A stretch of DNA of 64,000 bases from Hyalangium minutum (GCF_000737315.1 NZ_JMCB01000017.1:62001-126000); one strand, 5' to 3'. Shown: positions 8,792 through 18,937, numbered from the stretch's first letter. The notes: generated from the letters alone by a model not told the origin. Numbers and translations: made by a program.

Positions 8792-9841
8792 ATGAAGAGC
8801 TCGCTGATCCTGCTCCTATGTCTCCTGGCCAGCACCTCCACACGAGCCGCTGTCCCCGAGCGTCCCAAGCCTGCGCGGCCCGCGCCCTGCCAGGGCCAGA
8901 CCCACCCGCGCACCTCCTGGCCCCAGGGCACGATGCTCTGGGGAACCGCACGCCAGACGTCCGAGGACGCGATGAGCAGCGTGCTGACGTCGGTCTACCT
9001 GGACGGCCTTCTCCTGAAAGGCGCTCCGCGCCAGAGCGCGAGCTGGGAGAAGGGCCAGCTGACCGTACCGGGACTCGAGCCCGCGCAGCTGGCTGGAGCC
9101 CTGCTGCGCGGCACCGCCAGTGACGGAGCGTCCGTGGAGGTGGCCCTCTGTGGCGCGGAGCGCTCGGCGGAGAATCCGGCGTTGCTCTGGTACCAGATCG
9201 AGCTCTGGAACCCTCGCACGTCCTCCTGGGAGAACCCGTGCATCGCCACGGCGCGGGTGCCTTCGCCCCGGGTGCTGGCCGTGAACGACCTCTGGGATGC
9301 CACCGGGGCCTCCAAGCATGTGGAGGGGCAGTTCACCTTCGCGTGTGAGAATGGCGCCATCGCCAAGTGCGTCCGCTGGGGCTACACGCCCTGGGAATCC
9401 AAGGACGGGCGCTCAATGCGGGAACTGCACCAAGCGTGCACGCGCATGGCGCGGGCGGACTATTGCGGCAACGGCCGCAGCCACACCCGCGAGGACACCC
9501 CTCTCGATATCTACGACAGCCTCTCGGTTCTCGCCCGGACGCGCGAGCTCTCGTCCGCCTGGGATCCGGCGCGCGCGTCATTCGAGGCGGCGTGGACGCC
9601 CGACGGCGCCGCCTGCCTCTCGCGGACACGGGATGGGCGGGCCCTGGAGACCCTGCGTCAGGAGTGCCCTGAACTCTTCGAGGAGAAACCGAGAGACCTT
9701 GGAGAGGGCGACCAGTGCACCTGGGTGCGCAAGGGCTCGCACGAGGAGGAGGCGCTGCTGCGCAACCGCTCCTATGCGCCGGCCTCGCTAGCCGGAGACC
9801 ACGAAGGCCACGACGAGCGTCACGATCGCGGGCATCAGTAG
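8792..9841 (+). CDS. Secreted ADYC-domain protein
   Basis: Signal peptide MKSSLILLLCLLAS; FTFAC..GAIAKCV.WGY.PW and HQACTRMARADYCG motifs. Confidence 0.85.
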   Translation: MKSSLILLLCLLASTSTRAAVPERPKPARPAPCQGQTHPRTSWPQGTMLWGTARQTSEDAMSSVLTSVYLDGLLLKGAPRQSASWEKGQLTVPGLEPAQLAGALLRGTASDGASVEVALCGAERSAENPALLWYQIELWNPRTSSWENPCIATARVPSPRVLAVNDLWDATGASKHVEGQFTFACENGAIAKCVRWGYTPWESKDGRSMRELHQACTRMARADYCGNGRSHTREDTPLDIYDSLSVLARTRELSSAWDPARASFEAAWTPDGAACLSRTRDGRALETLRQECPELFEEKPRDLGEGDQCTWVRKGSHEEEALLRNRSYAPASLAGDHEGHDERHDRGHQ

Positions 9842-10417
9842 CAACCCCAGCAGAAGCCACGCGGCGGGATGGGCGAAGTTCAAGGTCCAGCCGATCCCCA
9901 CCAGTTTGGGAACCCAGAGCCGGCGGTCCTCGGGGTTGCGATAGAGGAACGCTCCATACCCCTTTGGCAGGGACTCGCCCTCGGCCTTCATCTGCTTCAT
10001 GGCCACGGCGAGCCCCCGTCCCCCCGCTACCAGCGCCAGCGCGATCGCCCCAAAGCACACTCCCAGGACGACCCGCGGTGAGGGCGGACTCGACGAGGGC
10101 AGCAGCACCGCCAGGAGCGCAACGATTCCCACCACTGCGATGGACACCCAGCGCACGATGTTGCCGCAGGCGTGCGCAAGCTGGGGGAATCGCGTCCGGC
10201 TCGTGCGCTCGATGGCCACAGCTATCAGCTCAAGGAAGAGGGCCAGTCCCACTCCGAACAGGAGCGGCCCGAAGACCCCTCCGAACGTCTTCGTGGCCCA
10301 GCCGTTCGGCACGCCTCTGGGACCCCAGTGCACCACCCACCGTGCCGGGAGCGCGTCCCATCGGCTGGCGAGCCACGCCGCCGCCGCTATCAGCATCGCT
10401 AAAGGCATGAAGCGCAT
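9788..10417 (-). CDS. DUF1648/DUF5808-type membrane protein (SdpI/YvaZ-like)
   Basis: WDALPARWVVHWG...PNGW; YRNPEDRRLWVPKLVGIGWTLNFAHP; AGGAGG RBS before ATG 10417. Confidence 0.85.
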   Translation of the reverse strand: MRFMPLAMLIAAAAWLASRWDALPARWVVHWGPRGVPNGWATKTFGGVFGPLLFGVGLALFLELIAVAIERTSRTRFPQLAHACGNIVRWVSIAVVGIVALLAVLLPSSSPPSPRVVLGVCFGAIALALVAGGRGLAVAMKQMKAEGESLPKGYGAFLYRNPEDRRLWVPKLVGIGWTLNFAHPAAWLLLGLLLMPAIVTLVVAFVVSG

Positions 10418-10514
10418 GCCGGGCCCTCCTAAGGTTCTCGTCAACAATGGCGCGTCCCCGCGCCGCGACGCCACCCTGGCTGGCCAGCGGGGGAGCCCCA
10501 CCCCGCAAATGTTA

Positions 10515-10548
10515 AAGCGCGGAAGGAGCGGCCCCTCCTTCCGCGCTT
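10515..10548. terminator. Perfect 14-bp-stem hairpin, probable intrinsic terminator for the minus-strand transcript
   Basis: AAGCGCGGAAGGAG-cggccc-CTCCTTCCGCGCTT; the minus-strand stem ends in TT and continues TAACATTT. Confidence 0.55.
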
Positions 10549-10718
10549 CAGTCCCCCCCGGCTGCTATGCACCTGGTGAGAGGCACATGGGATTTTTTCC
10601 ATGCGTTACTTGTGCCAAATCGACCTGGGTACCGTGCTGTTCCGGAAATCAGGGACTTGAAGACGGGGGTAAAAAATGACCACCTGACGAGTTTCGTCAC
10701 AAGGTGACGCAAGCAGCG

Positions 10719-11510
10719 TCAGGAAGTGACGCCAGGCTGGAGGATGAAGACCCGATCCAGCCGGGTGCTCCCTCGACCGAGCGGCTCCTCCAGACGATAG
10801 TCGAAATCATAGGTGGCCAAAAGGTTCAGCCCCGCCAAGCGGAAGAGGCGCCGCGCCTGGGGCCCGTCGTAGGTGCGGAAGAACCACTCGGTCTCGATGA
10901 GCATGTCCTTGCCCGGCCCGGTAATCCGCAGGCGGTTGCGCATCGGCGAGCGGCGGCGACGGCGATCCGGCAGCCCCTCGCGGGTGTTGCAGACCACGGT
11001 GTCCCGGCCGACTCGGCCCACCCAGCGCTCGCGCTCGAAGGTGGTTCGCGGGTACTCGGTGAGATGGAAGCCGAGCACGTACACCCCCTTCGGCTTGAGC
11101 AGCCGCCGGGTGCTCTCCAAGTGCGCGCGGGCGGCAGCCTCGCTGTCCAGGTAGCGGAAGGTGGACACGAGGTTGAAGGCCAGGTCCACCCGGCCCTCCA
11201 GCTCGGGTGCGGAGAACGACTCCATGCGGGACTGAGAGAGGCGGATGCGGCGCCGCTGCGCTGGAGTCAGGCGCCGACGGGCGTGCGCGAGCATAGGCTC
11301 GGAGATGTCATAGCCGACGATCTCGAGCCCTCGGCGCGCGGCCTCCGCAACGAGCCGCCCGGCGCCACAGGCTGGCTCGAGCCACAGCGAGCCGCCGGTG
11401 CCATACTGCTGGTTCACCCCGAGCAGGAAATCCATCTCCTTCTCGGTGTCGGTGCCGAAGATGGCCTCGTAATACTTGGGGTGGGTGTACCAGTCGGAGC
11501 GTCGTTCCAT
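10719..11510 (-). CDS. Class I SAM-dependent methyltransferase
   Basis: WLEPACGAGR motif I, GYDISEPML, DLAFNLVSTF; start could be as far up as 11564. Confidence 0.9.
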   Translation of the reverse strand: MERRSDWYTHPKYYEAIFGTDTEKEMDFLLGVNQQYGTGGSLWLEPACGAGRLVAEAARRGLEIVGYDISEPMLAHARRRLTPAQRRRIRLSQSRMESFSAPELEGRVDLAFNLVSTFRYLDSEAAARAHLESTRRLLKPKGVYVLGFHLTEYPRTTFERERWVGRVGRDTVVCNTREGLPDRRRRRSPMRNRLRITGPGKDMLIETEWFFRTYDGPQARRLFRLAGLNLLATYDFDYRLEEPLGRGSTRLDRVFILQPGVTS

Positions 11511-11601
11511 GGGGTGCCGGGCCGGAGCGGCGCGCATCCTCCAGCCCGGCGGGCCGAAAGCCAAGGGGCTCGTGGTGAGATGGGCTCTCGGCCTCCCGGG
11601 C

Positions 11602-12297
11602 TCAGTGCGCTACCGGCTCATCCCGGCGGATGCGGCCGTCGACGATCTCGATGATGCGGTCACACCGCTCGGCCAGCCGGGGATCGTGCGTGACGATGAG
11701 GAAGGACGTTCCTTGCTCCACGTTGAAGCGGCGCAACAGCTCGAACACCTGCACCGAGGTCCCTGTATCGAGGTTCCCCGTGGGCTCGTCCGCCAGCACC
11801 AGCCGCGGCGACGTCACCAGCGCCCGCGCGATGGCCACCCGCTGCTGCTGCCCTCCCGAGAGCTTGCTGGGAGGCGACTCCGCGCGCTCGCCGAGCCCCA
11901 CCGCCCGGAGCAGAGCCAGGGCCCGCTCCCGCATCTCGGGCGTCGGGTAGCCCTGGTCCGCCAGCAGCGGCATCATCACGTTCTCCACCGCGGTGAAGGC
12001 GCCCAGCAGGTGGTGGAACTGGAAGATGAAGCCCAGCGATCGCGCCCGCATCCGCGCCAGCCCGTCGTCATCCAGCTTAGAGGTGTCCTGCCCCTGGATG
12101 AGCACCTGTCCCTCGGTGGGCCGGTCCAGCAGCCCGATCAGGTTGAGCAGGGTGCTCTTCCCCGAGCCGGACGGGCCCACCAGCGCCGCGAACTCGCCCG
12201 GCCTCAGCGTCAGGTCCACGCCGAAGAGCACACGGGTGACGACCTCCTCCCCGTAGTCCTTGGTGACGCCTCGGAGCTGGAGGACGGGCTCAGCCAT
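11602..12297 (-). CDS. ABC transporter ATP-binding protein (LolD/MacB-like)
   Basis: [35 protein letters not shown]. Confidence 0.95.
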   Translation of the reverse strand: MAEPVLQLRGVTKDYGEEVVTRVLFGVDLTLRPGEFAALVGPSGSGKSTLLNLIGLLDRPTEGQVLIQGQDTSKLDDDGLARMRARSLGFIFQFHHLLGAFTAVENVMMPLLADQGYPTPEMRERALALLRAVGLGERAESPPSKLSGGQQQRVAIARALVTSPRLVLADEPTGNLDTGTSVQVFELLRRFNVEQGTSFLIVTHDPRLAERCDRIIEIVDGRIRRDEPVAH

Positions 12298-13501
12298 TGC
12301 GGATCACCACCGCGGGATCCAGCCGCGAGGCCCGCCGCGCCGGGACGACCGCCGCCACCAGCCCTGTCACGAGCGCCACGCCTGCCGCCGTGAGGAACAG
12401 CCCCGGCTCCAGAGTGATGGGGAACAGGGGCGAGCCATCCGGGTTGCGCGCGATCGCCGTGAAGAAGAGCGCCAGCCCCGAGCCCATCGCGCTGCCCAGC
12501 ACCGAGCCCACCACGCCCACCACTGCTCCCTGGATGAGGAATACCCGCATCACCTTGGAGGTGGCCGTGCCCATGGCCTTGAGGATGCCGATCTCCCGCG
12601 ACTTCTGGACCACCGACACCACCAGCACCGAGGCAATGCCCAGCGCCACCGCCACGATGACGAAGAACTGGATCATGTACCGCGAGCTGCTCTGCGAGCG
12701 CAGCGCCGTGAGCAACTGCGCGTTCAGCGTCATCCAGCTCTCGGCCACCAGCCCCGTGCGCCGCTGCAGCTCATCCGCGAGCCCCTCCGCGCCGAACAGG
12801 TCCGTCACCTTCAGCTCCAGCGACGACACCCCGCCCATCAGGTCCAGCAGCGTCTGCCCCGAGCGCAGCGGCACCAGCACCCAGCGCCCGTTCACGTCCT
12901 TGTTGCCCAGGTCGAAGATGCCGGTGATGAGGAACGTGTCCGAGCGCCCCTCCGCCGTGGACAGCCGCAGCTTGTCCCCCACCTCCAGCCCGAGGTCCTT
13001 CGCCAGTTCCTGGCCAATCACCGCCTCGGAGCCGCGCAGCCGCCACGCGCCCGCCACCAGCCGCGACGGCACGTCGATGACCTGCGAGAACGGCTCCGGC
13101 TCCACGCCCCGGATGGCCACCGACCGGCTCGCCGTGCCTCGGGCCGCGAAGCCCGGCCCGGACACCACCGGCGCCACGGCTTCCACCCCGGGCGTGCGCT
13201 CGAGCAGCTCGCGCACCTGCTGCCACTGATCCACGGACCGCAGCCGCTGCGCGGGCCGCACCACCTGGAGCAGGGACTCCGGAGAGCGCGTCAGCGGCCG
13301 TGCCACCTCCTCCGGCGCCCGGACAATGATGTGCGGCTGAGAGCCCAGCGTCTTCGCCACGAGGCTGGCCTGGAGCCCATCAATCAGCGCGGAGAGGAAC
13401 ACGATGACCGCCACCCCCACCGAGGCTCCCGCGAGGATCAACACCGTCTGGGCCCGGCCCTCCCGGAGGAAGCGCAACGCGACGAAGAGCTCGAACGGCA
13501 T
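12290..13501 (-). CDS. ABC transporter permease (LolC/E, FtsX-like)
   Basis: N-terminal TM, periplasmic domain, [22 protein letters not shown]. Confidence 0.93.
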   Translation of the reverse strand: MPFELFVALRFLREGRAQTVLILAGASVGVAVIVFLSALIDGLQASLVAKTLGSQPHIIVRAPEEVARPLTRSPESLLQVVRPAQRLRSVDQWQQVRELLERTPGVEAVAPVVSGPGFAARGTASRSVAIRGVEPEPFSQVIDVPSRLVAGAWRLRGSEAVIGQELAKDLGLEVGDKLRLSTAEGRSDTFLITGIFDLGNKDVNGRWVLVPLRSGQTLLDLMGGVSSLELKVTDLFGAEGLADELQRRTGLVAESWMTLNAQLLTALRSQSSSRYMIQFFVIVAVALGIASVLVVSVVQKSREIGILKAMGTATSKVMRVFLIQGAVVGVVGSVLGSAMGSGLALFFTAIARNPDGSPLFPITLEPGLFLTAAGVALVTGLVAAVVPARRASRLDPAVVIRNG

Positions 13502-13507
13502 GTCCCC

Positions 13508-14752
13508 TCACCGCCCCTCTCGCACCCGTGGCCGCACCCGCTGGCCCGGCAGCAGCTTGGAGGACGTCAGGACGAGCTCGCCCTCGGCCAGCCCCTGTAC
13601 CACCTCCACTTGCTCCTCGCCTCGCAGCCCCAGCGTCACGTCCTTGCGCACCGCTCGCCCATCCTGAGGGACCAGCACCCATGGCTGCTCCGAGGCCGTG
13701 TCCCTCACCCCCTCCGTGGGCAACAGGAGCGCGCGCTCCTTTCGCCCCACCTCGATCTCCACGGACACCGTCATCCCCGGCCTCAGGTAGCCCGGTGGCT
13801 GCGGCACCGCGAGCTTCACCTCCACTGTGCCCCGATCTGGATCCACTGACGGCGCCACCGTCTCCACTGTCGCGGCGAAGCGCTCCTTGGGGAATGCATC
13901 CGCGGACGCCTGCGCGGGCTGTCCCTTCTGGAGGAAGGCGAGGCTGCGCTCATCCGGCTCCACCGTGAGGCGCGTCTCCCCCACCCGGGCCAGCGTCAGC
14001 AGCACCCGGCCCGGCTGCACCGAGTCCCCCGGCTCTACCTGCCGTCGCAGCACCACCGCGCGCACCGGCGCCCTCAGCGTGGCGTCGTCGAGCCGCTCCT
14101 GGGCCGCCTTCAGCTCCGCCTCGGCCTGCTCCACCCCAGCCTCCACGAGCCGGACCTCGGCTCCCCCTTGAGCGCTGGCGGTGGCCTGGGCCTGGACGCT
14201 CGACAGACGGCTGCGCGCCACCTCTCGCGCGCTCTGGGCCTGCTCGAGCTGCTCCTGCGTCAGGGCGCCCTCCTCCCGCAGCTTCTGGGCCCGCTCGAAG
14301 GCGCGCTCTGCCTGGTCCCGCTCCAGCTCGGCCTGCCGGACGGCCTGCGCCCGCTGTGGCGCGCTCACATCCAGCAACTGCTTGAGCCGAGCCCGAGCCT
14401 GGAGGACTCCGGCGCGAGCGCGAGCCACGTCCGCCTCCAGCGTGGCGGACTGCAGCTTCAGCATCAGCTGACCGGGCTCCAGCTGGGCGCCCTCCTCCAC
14501 CGCCACCGTCTCCACCGTCCCGGAGAGCACACTGGCCACGGACACCAGCGCTGGAGGAGAGGCCCGCCCGCTCACGACAATCCGGTGGACGAGAGGCCCC
14601 GAGCGGACGCGCAGGGCCTCCACCTCGGCTCCTCGCAGCGAGCGGGCCACCCCAAAGACGGCCAAGAGTCCCACCACCATGAGCAGCCCCGTCCCGAGCG
14701 GGTGCTTCCGCGCCCACCTCGTCAGCCTGGAGCCCCCAGTGTGCAGCGCCAT
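13508..14752 (-). CDS. Efflux periplasmic adaptor (MacA/HlyD-like membrane fusion protein)
   Basis: TM anchor, biotinyl-lipoyl-like VETVAVEEGAQL, coiled coil, LRAPVRAVV, LRPGMTVSVEI. Confidence 0.92.
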   Translation of the reverse strand: MALHTGGSRLTRWARKHPLGTGLLMVVGLLAVFGVARSLRGAEVEALRVRSGPLVHRIVVSGRASPPALVSVASVLSGTVETVAVEEGAQLEPGQLMLKLQSATLEADVARARAGVLQARARLKQLLDVSAPQRAQAVRQAELERDQAERAFERAQKLREEGALTQEQLEQAQSAREVARSRLSSVQAQATASAQGGAEVRLVEAGVEQAEAELKAAQERLDDATLRAPVRAVVLRRQVEPGDSVQPGRVLLTLARVGETRLTVEPDERSLAFLQKGQPAQASADAFPKERFAATVETVAPSVDPDRGTVEVKLAVPQPPGYLRPGMTVSVEIEVGRKERALLLPTEGVRDTASEQPWVLVPQDGRAVRKDVTLGLRGEEQVEVVQGLAEGELVLTSSKLLPGQRVRPRVREGR

Positions 14753-14839
14753 GACGTGTGTCCGCTCCTCCTCTGGAAGGAGCCTGGAACATAACGGCCC
14801 TCGAAGCGGCTTGCCCTCACCTTTGGGGTAGATGCCGTC

Positions 14840-15586
14840 TCAGTGTTCCGTAAAGCGCGCCAGCGCGAGCATCAGCAGCAGGCCGCCAAAGAGCGCCACC
14901 AGGTTGCGCCCCTGCCGCTCCTTGCCGTGCCGGCTGACGTGCGGGAGCAGATCCGACACGGCGATATAGAGGAAGGTGCCCGCCGAGAACGCCAAGGCCC
15001 ACGGCGAGAACTTCTCGATGCGCAGCGCCGCGTTCGAGGCGAAGTAGAGCCCCGCCCCCACCGGCACCATCAGCCCATAGAAGGTGGAGTAGCCCAGGAT
15101 GGCGGAGGTGCTCTTGCCCTCGGACTTGAGGATGGAGGCCAGCGACAGCGAGGACGGCACCTTGTGCGAGACGATGGCGATGAAGGCCATCAGCCCCACG
15201 CCCTCGTTCACCGCCGAGCCCAGCGCGAGCCCATCAATCAGCGTGTGCACCGAGAGCCCCACGAGCGCGGCGAGCCCCAGCCCGTGGTGCGCGTGCTCCG
15301 TGCAGTTCAGCGGCTCCTCGCAGGTGTGGGAGAGGAAATAGCGCTCCAGCACCACCAGGAAGACGAACCCCGCGGGCACCAGCGTGAAGGACGGGTAGCC
15401 CCCGCTGTGGAAGGCCTCCGGGAGCATGTGGAAGAAGGCCGCCCCCAGCATCACCCCGGCGGCGAACGCCAGGAATGTCACCAGCCGGGTGGCCCGCTCA
15501 GTAAACACCACCACCATCGCGCCAACGAGCGCTCCCAACAGGATGATGAACGAGTAGGTGGCGACCGTGGCCACGACCGGCGACAT
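14840..15586 (-). CDS. ZIP family metal transporter
   Basis: FFHMLPEAF, SVHTLIDGLALG, HKVP, LYIAVSDLLP. Confidence 0.92.
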   Translation of the reverse strand: MSPVVATVATYSFIILLGALVGAMVVVFTERATRLVTFLAFAAGVMLGAAFFHMLPEAFHSGGYPSFTLVPAGFVFLVVLERYFLSHTCEEPLNCTEHAHHGLGLAALVGLSVHTLIDGLALGSAVNEGVGLMAFIAIVSHKVPSSLSLASILKSEGKSTSAILGYSTFYGLMVPVGAGLYFASNAALRIEKFSPWALAFSAGTFLYIAVSDLLPHVSRHGKERQGRNLVALFGGLLLMLALARFTEH

Positions 15587-15619
15587 TGGGGCGCGGACCC
15601 TACATCAGATGGAACGGGT

Positions 15620-16888
15620 TCAGTAGTAGCGCCTCATCACCACCAACGAAACCCGCCCCGGACGGACCTCCACTTCACGCGAAGTCACCCTCCCGGCGTA
15701 CTCCACCTGGACCTGGTGCCTGCCTGCGGGCAGCCGGAAGCGCGCGAGCTGGAACTCGGCCGGCAGCGACAGCCAGGAGCGCAGGTCCGGCTCGTTGGCC
15801 AGGTTGAGCAGCAGGAACGTCAGGTAAGCCACCTCCTTGCTCTGGGTCGCCGCCCCTGCCCCCGCCGCCAGCCCTCCCTTCACCAACGCCCCCGCCAGCT
15901 GCTTCGCCACCATCCGGCCCACCCGGTCCTCCAGGTGGACCTTCGCCACGGTGCTCAGGGACGTCACCGTCACCGTCCCTTGCCAGTCACCGCCCACACT
16001 CACCTGCGCCCGGGCCGTGCTGCTCCGGTCCCGGTACACGGGCACGGTGATGAGCTCCACGGCATTCGGCGCGTAGGGGCGGTTCATGGACTGCTTCTCC
16101 GGCGAGAGCCCCGCCTCCACGACGACCACCACCTGCCCCTCTTCCGGCCCGAGCGGCTCGTGAGACAAGCCTGGGAACCTCTGGAGCAGGTCCTGGTACA
16201 CGTCGTCCCGGCCCGTCTTCTTCGCCAGCCGGAGCAGCGGCTCGCCCAGCGCGCCCAGCCGGGGCTCCAGTTCGAGCGCCTTCGCATAGTCGATGTACGC
16301 CGAGTCCCACTCGCGCTGGTCCTCGTACAGAACCCCGCCAAGGTAGCGCGCGATGGCGAGCTGCTCGTACGGCTTCTTCTCCTCGACCACCATCCTCCGC
16401 AGCCGCTCGTTGACGCGGCGGACCTCGACGAGCGCGTCCTCGTCCCTCCCCAGCTGCGCGTAGTTGAGCGCCTGGAGCACGGAGATCATCAGCTTCTCGA
16501 AGTCCTCGCCCCGGTAGGCCCGCTGGCGCTCGTTGCTCAGCAGCGCGCCCGCCTCCTCGCGGAGGGAGATGCCATCCAGCTCCCGAGACAGCCGGTCCGC
16601 CTGCCCCAGCACCTGGATGCTCTCCTCCCAGCGCCCGGCGGAGTGCAGCACCATGCCCCGGTCCAGCAGCACCAGCAGCTGGTCATTCGGGTTCCCGTGC
16701 TCGCCCTCGTGGTCCAGCAGTTCCAGGGCGCGCGGGTAGTTCTCCGCCTGGTAGGCCTCGCGGATGCCGTGGGTGCGCGCCACGTAGTCTCCCGCGCACC
16801 CCACCAGCAGCAGAGGCCCCAACAGCATGAGCAGCCCCAGCACCTGAAGGTGTGGGCTCCTGCCGAGGCGACGGGGCATGTGGCTCAC
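15620..16888 (-). CDS. COG3014-like TPR lipoprotein
   Basis: Lipobox LVGC; YRGEDFEK, ALVEVRR, DLRSWLSLP motifs; adjacent to lpoB. Start uncertain. Confidence 0.75.
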   Translation of the reverse strand: MSHMPRRLGRSPHLQVLGLLMLLGPLLLVGCAGDYVARTHGIREAYQAENYPRALELLDHEGEHGNPNDQLLVLLDRGMVLHSAGRWEESIQVLGQADRLSRELDGISLREEAGALLSNERQRAYRGEDFEKLMISVLQALNYAQLGRDEDALVEVRRVNERLRRMVVEEKKPYEQLAIARYLGGVLYEDQREWDSAYIDYAKALELEPRLGALGEPLLRLAKKTGRDDVYQDLLQRFPGLSHEPLGPEEGQVVVVVEAGLSPEKQSMNRPYAPNAVELITVPVYRDRSSTARAQVSVGGDWQGTVTVTSLSTVAKVHLEDRVGRMVAKQLAGALVKGGLAAGAGAATQSKEVAYLTFLLLNLANEPDLRSWLSLPAEFQLARFRLPAGRHQVQVEYAGRVTSREVEVRPGRVSLVVMRRYY

Positions 16889-16907
16889 CCAAGCCCTCGG
16901 CGGCGCG

Positions 16908-17516
16908 TCACCAGCCCACGGCCCGGCGCTCGAACTTCTTGCGGATCTGCTTCTCGTCCGTCCACTCGATGAGGCCGTTGCGCACGTTGTTCAGCTTCGC
17001 CGTCATCTTGTAATAGACGAGCTTGTCGTTGCCGACCTCCTGGATGATGGAGGCCAGGTCTCCCGTCATGATGAAGTCCACGGACACCTGCTGCCCCGGA
17101 CCCTTGGCCTGGTTCGGGTCCACGTAGCCAGACCCCTGGTACTCGTACTCCTCGGCGATGTCCCAGCGCGCTTGCTGGTCCACCAGCGCGAACCGGCCCG
17201 TCTGCGCCAGCGCCGTCTGGATCTTGTCCCCCAGCGAGCGCATGTCGATGTGCTCCGAGGTGCTGTTCTTCAGCTTGCCCACCAGGACGATGGGCAGCCG
17301 CTGCGGGTCCGTCTGGGCGAAGCGCGGCGAGTTGGACAGGGACTCGGCCATCTTCTTCGCGATGAGCTGCAGGTCGTTCTCGTTGAACTCGTCCGACAGC
17401 ATCTCGATGGTGTTCGGATCCTCGTACGTGCCGCGGGTGTACGCACGGGGGCCGCCCACGTAGCAGGCGCTGAGCATGGCGGCGAGGCTGGCGGAGACGA
17501 TGAGTCGCGTGTTCAT
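16908..17516 (-). CDS. lpoB: Penicillin-binding protein activator LpoB-like lipoprotein
   Basis: Lipobox LSAC; NSTSEHID, GRFALVD, ADF-like VDFIMTGDLASI, GLIEWTDEKQIRK. Confidence 0.8.
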   Translation of the reverse strand: MNTRLIVSASLAAMLSACYVGGPRAYTRGTYEDPNTIEMLSDEFNENDLQLIAKKMAESLSNSPRFAQTDPQRLPIVLVGKLKNSTSEHIDMRSLGDKIQTALAQTGRFALVDQQARWDIAEEYEYQGSGYVDPNQAKGPGQQVSVDFIMTGDLASIIQEVGNDKLVYYKMTAKLNNVRNGLIEWTDEKQIRKKFERRAVGW

Positions 17517-17529
17517 GGGGCGTGCTCTC

Positions 17530-18357
17530 CTAGTTCCATTCGCATTCGAAGCGGCTGCCCTCGAAGCGCCACTTGTAGCCAAGCACCGCGTCCTGCCGGT
17601 ACCCCGCCGTCAGCCGGCAGAGGCTCTGTAACGAGGAGCGCGGGTACTCGAAGGTGTAGAGCTGGGCCTTGGCCCGCTCCTGCGCGGTGAGCTCCGAGGG
17701 GTGCGTGAGCGTGGGCTTCGCGCTGGCGGCCACCATCACCCGGTGCGGACCATACGTCTTCAGCGGCACGCTCCCCGGCAGTTGGATGCGGCGCACCGTC
17801 CGCGCCCGGAGGATGTCGCTGCGGTCCACCATCGTGTCGTGCGCGTTCTGGTTCGACAGCAGCTCCGGGATGTTGAGGCTCAGCACCCGCGTCACGTCTC
17901 CGTCCTCCACGAAGAAGTAGAGGAAGGCCTCGCGCGCGCCGCGGCTCTCGCCCGTGAAGTCCAGCGTCACCAGCAGGTTCAGCGCCCGGTTGGGCGGCAG
18001 CGAGTGCAGCGAGATGGCCGACAGCACGTCCGCGTGCACCCCGGCCTGCTTCAGCCGGATGAGCCCGTCCGCGCTGGCGTCACAAGCGCACCGGCGCTCC
18101 TCGATCATCTTCACCAGCTGCGCGGACGAGAAGCCGGCCTTGGACAGCTTGGCCACCTCCTCGTCCGTGAGCGGCAGCTGATCCGAGCGCTCGTAGATGC
18201 GCGGCAGTTGTTGCGAGTTCCACTCGATGAGGTTGAGGGTCTGCACCTCGCCCGTGGGGAACGGCAAGGTGGGCACCACCGTGCCGCGCGAGGAGGTGGC
18301 GTTCGGCGTCTGGCCGGTGGTGAGCGCAAGCGCGGCAAGCAGGGCGTGGACAATCAT
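17530..18357 (-). CDS. Secreted hypothetical protein
   Basis: Signal peptide MIVHALLAALALTTG; co-oriented in the lpoB cluster. Confidence 0.75.
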   Translation of the reverse strand: MIVHALLAALALTTGQTPNATSSRGTVVPTLPFPTGEVQTLNLIEWNSQQLPRIYERSDQLPLTDEEVAKLSKAGFSSAQLVKMIEERRCACDASADGLIRLKQAGVHADVLSAISLHSLPPNRALNLLVTLDFTGESRGAREAFLYFFVEDGDVTRVLSLNIPELLSNQNAHDTMVDRSDILRARTVRRIQLPGSVPLKTYGPHRVMVAASAKPTLTHPSELTAQERAKAQLYTFEYPRSSLQSLCRLTAGYRQDAVLGYKWRFEGSRFECEWN

Positions 18358-18361
18358 GGCG

Positions 18362-18937
18362 CTAGAACCTGTACCCAAGGCTCATGAAGACCCGGTGCGT
18401 GTTGTTCCGTCCGTCGGACCAGGCTGGCAGCGGAATATCGAGCGCGTACGCGAGCCCGAGGAGGATGTCGTCCCGGGGCCCGAGGAGCAGATCCGCGCCC
18501 ACCTGCGGCGAGAGCCCGAAGCGCGGGCCCACCTCGGGGATGAAGATGGCGCCCGCCTTGAGGCCCGCATGCAGGCTCAGCGGCCAACCGTAGGTGCGGA
18601 AGCGCGGGCCCACCAGCAGGTTCAACCGTCCGCCGTCCAACACATAGGCTCCGGAGAAGTCGAGCTGGTACCAGTCATCGCCCCAGAAGGAGCCCGTGGC
18701 ACCGATGAAGAGCGGCGGGCCCTCGGGCGCCCCCGCAGGCGACGAGCCCTGATTGATGGCCGCGCCCCAGTTGAACTCCAGCGAGAACTGGCCGCCGTTC
18801 AGATCCTGGTAGCCACCCTTGCCGTACTCGGATCCTTCTGGGCCATCCGTGCGGCCTCGCTCCTGGGCCCCGACGGAGAGGGGCAGGAGGGCCACCAGCG
18901 CAACAGCTCCCCACACTCTGGCATGACGCTCCACCAC
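18362..18937 (-). CDS. Small outer-membrane beta-barrel-like protein
   Basis: Probable GTG start with GGAG RBS; signal peptide; alternating amphipathic strands; C-terminal beta-signal VFMSLGYRF. Confidence 0.7.
   Translation of the reverse strand: MVERHARVWGAVALVALLPLSVGAQERGRTDGPEGSEYGKGGYQDLNGGQFSLEFNWGAAINQGSSPAGAPEGPPLFIGATGSFWGDDWYQLDFSGAYVLDGGRLNLLVGPRFRTYGWPLSLHAGLKAGAIFIPEVGPRFGLSPQVGADLLLGPRDDILLGLAYALDIPLPAWSDGRNNTHRVFMSLGYRF

Noticed and set aside
10564-10571. Fifth TGCATAGC octamer (minus strand)
   Set aside because: Lacks the CTC at +16-18 and the GCC register shared by the other copies; not counted as a motif copy.
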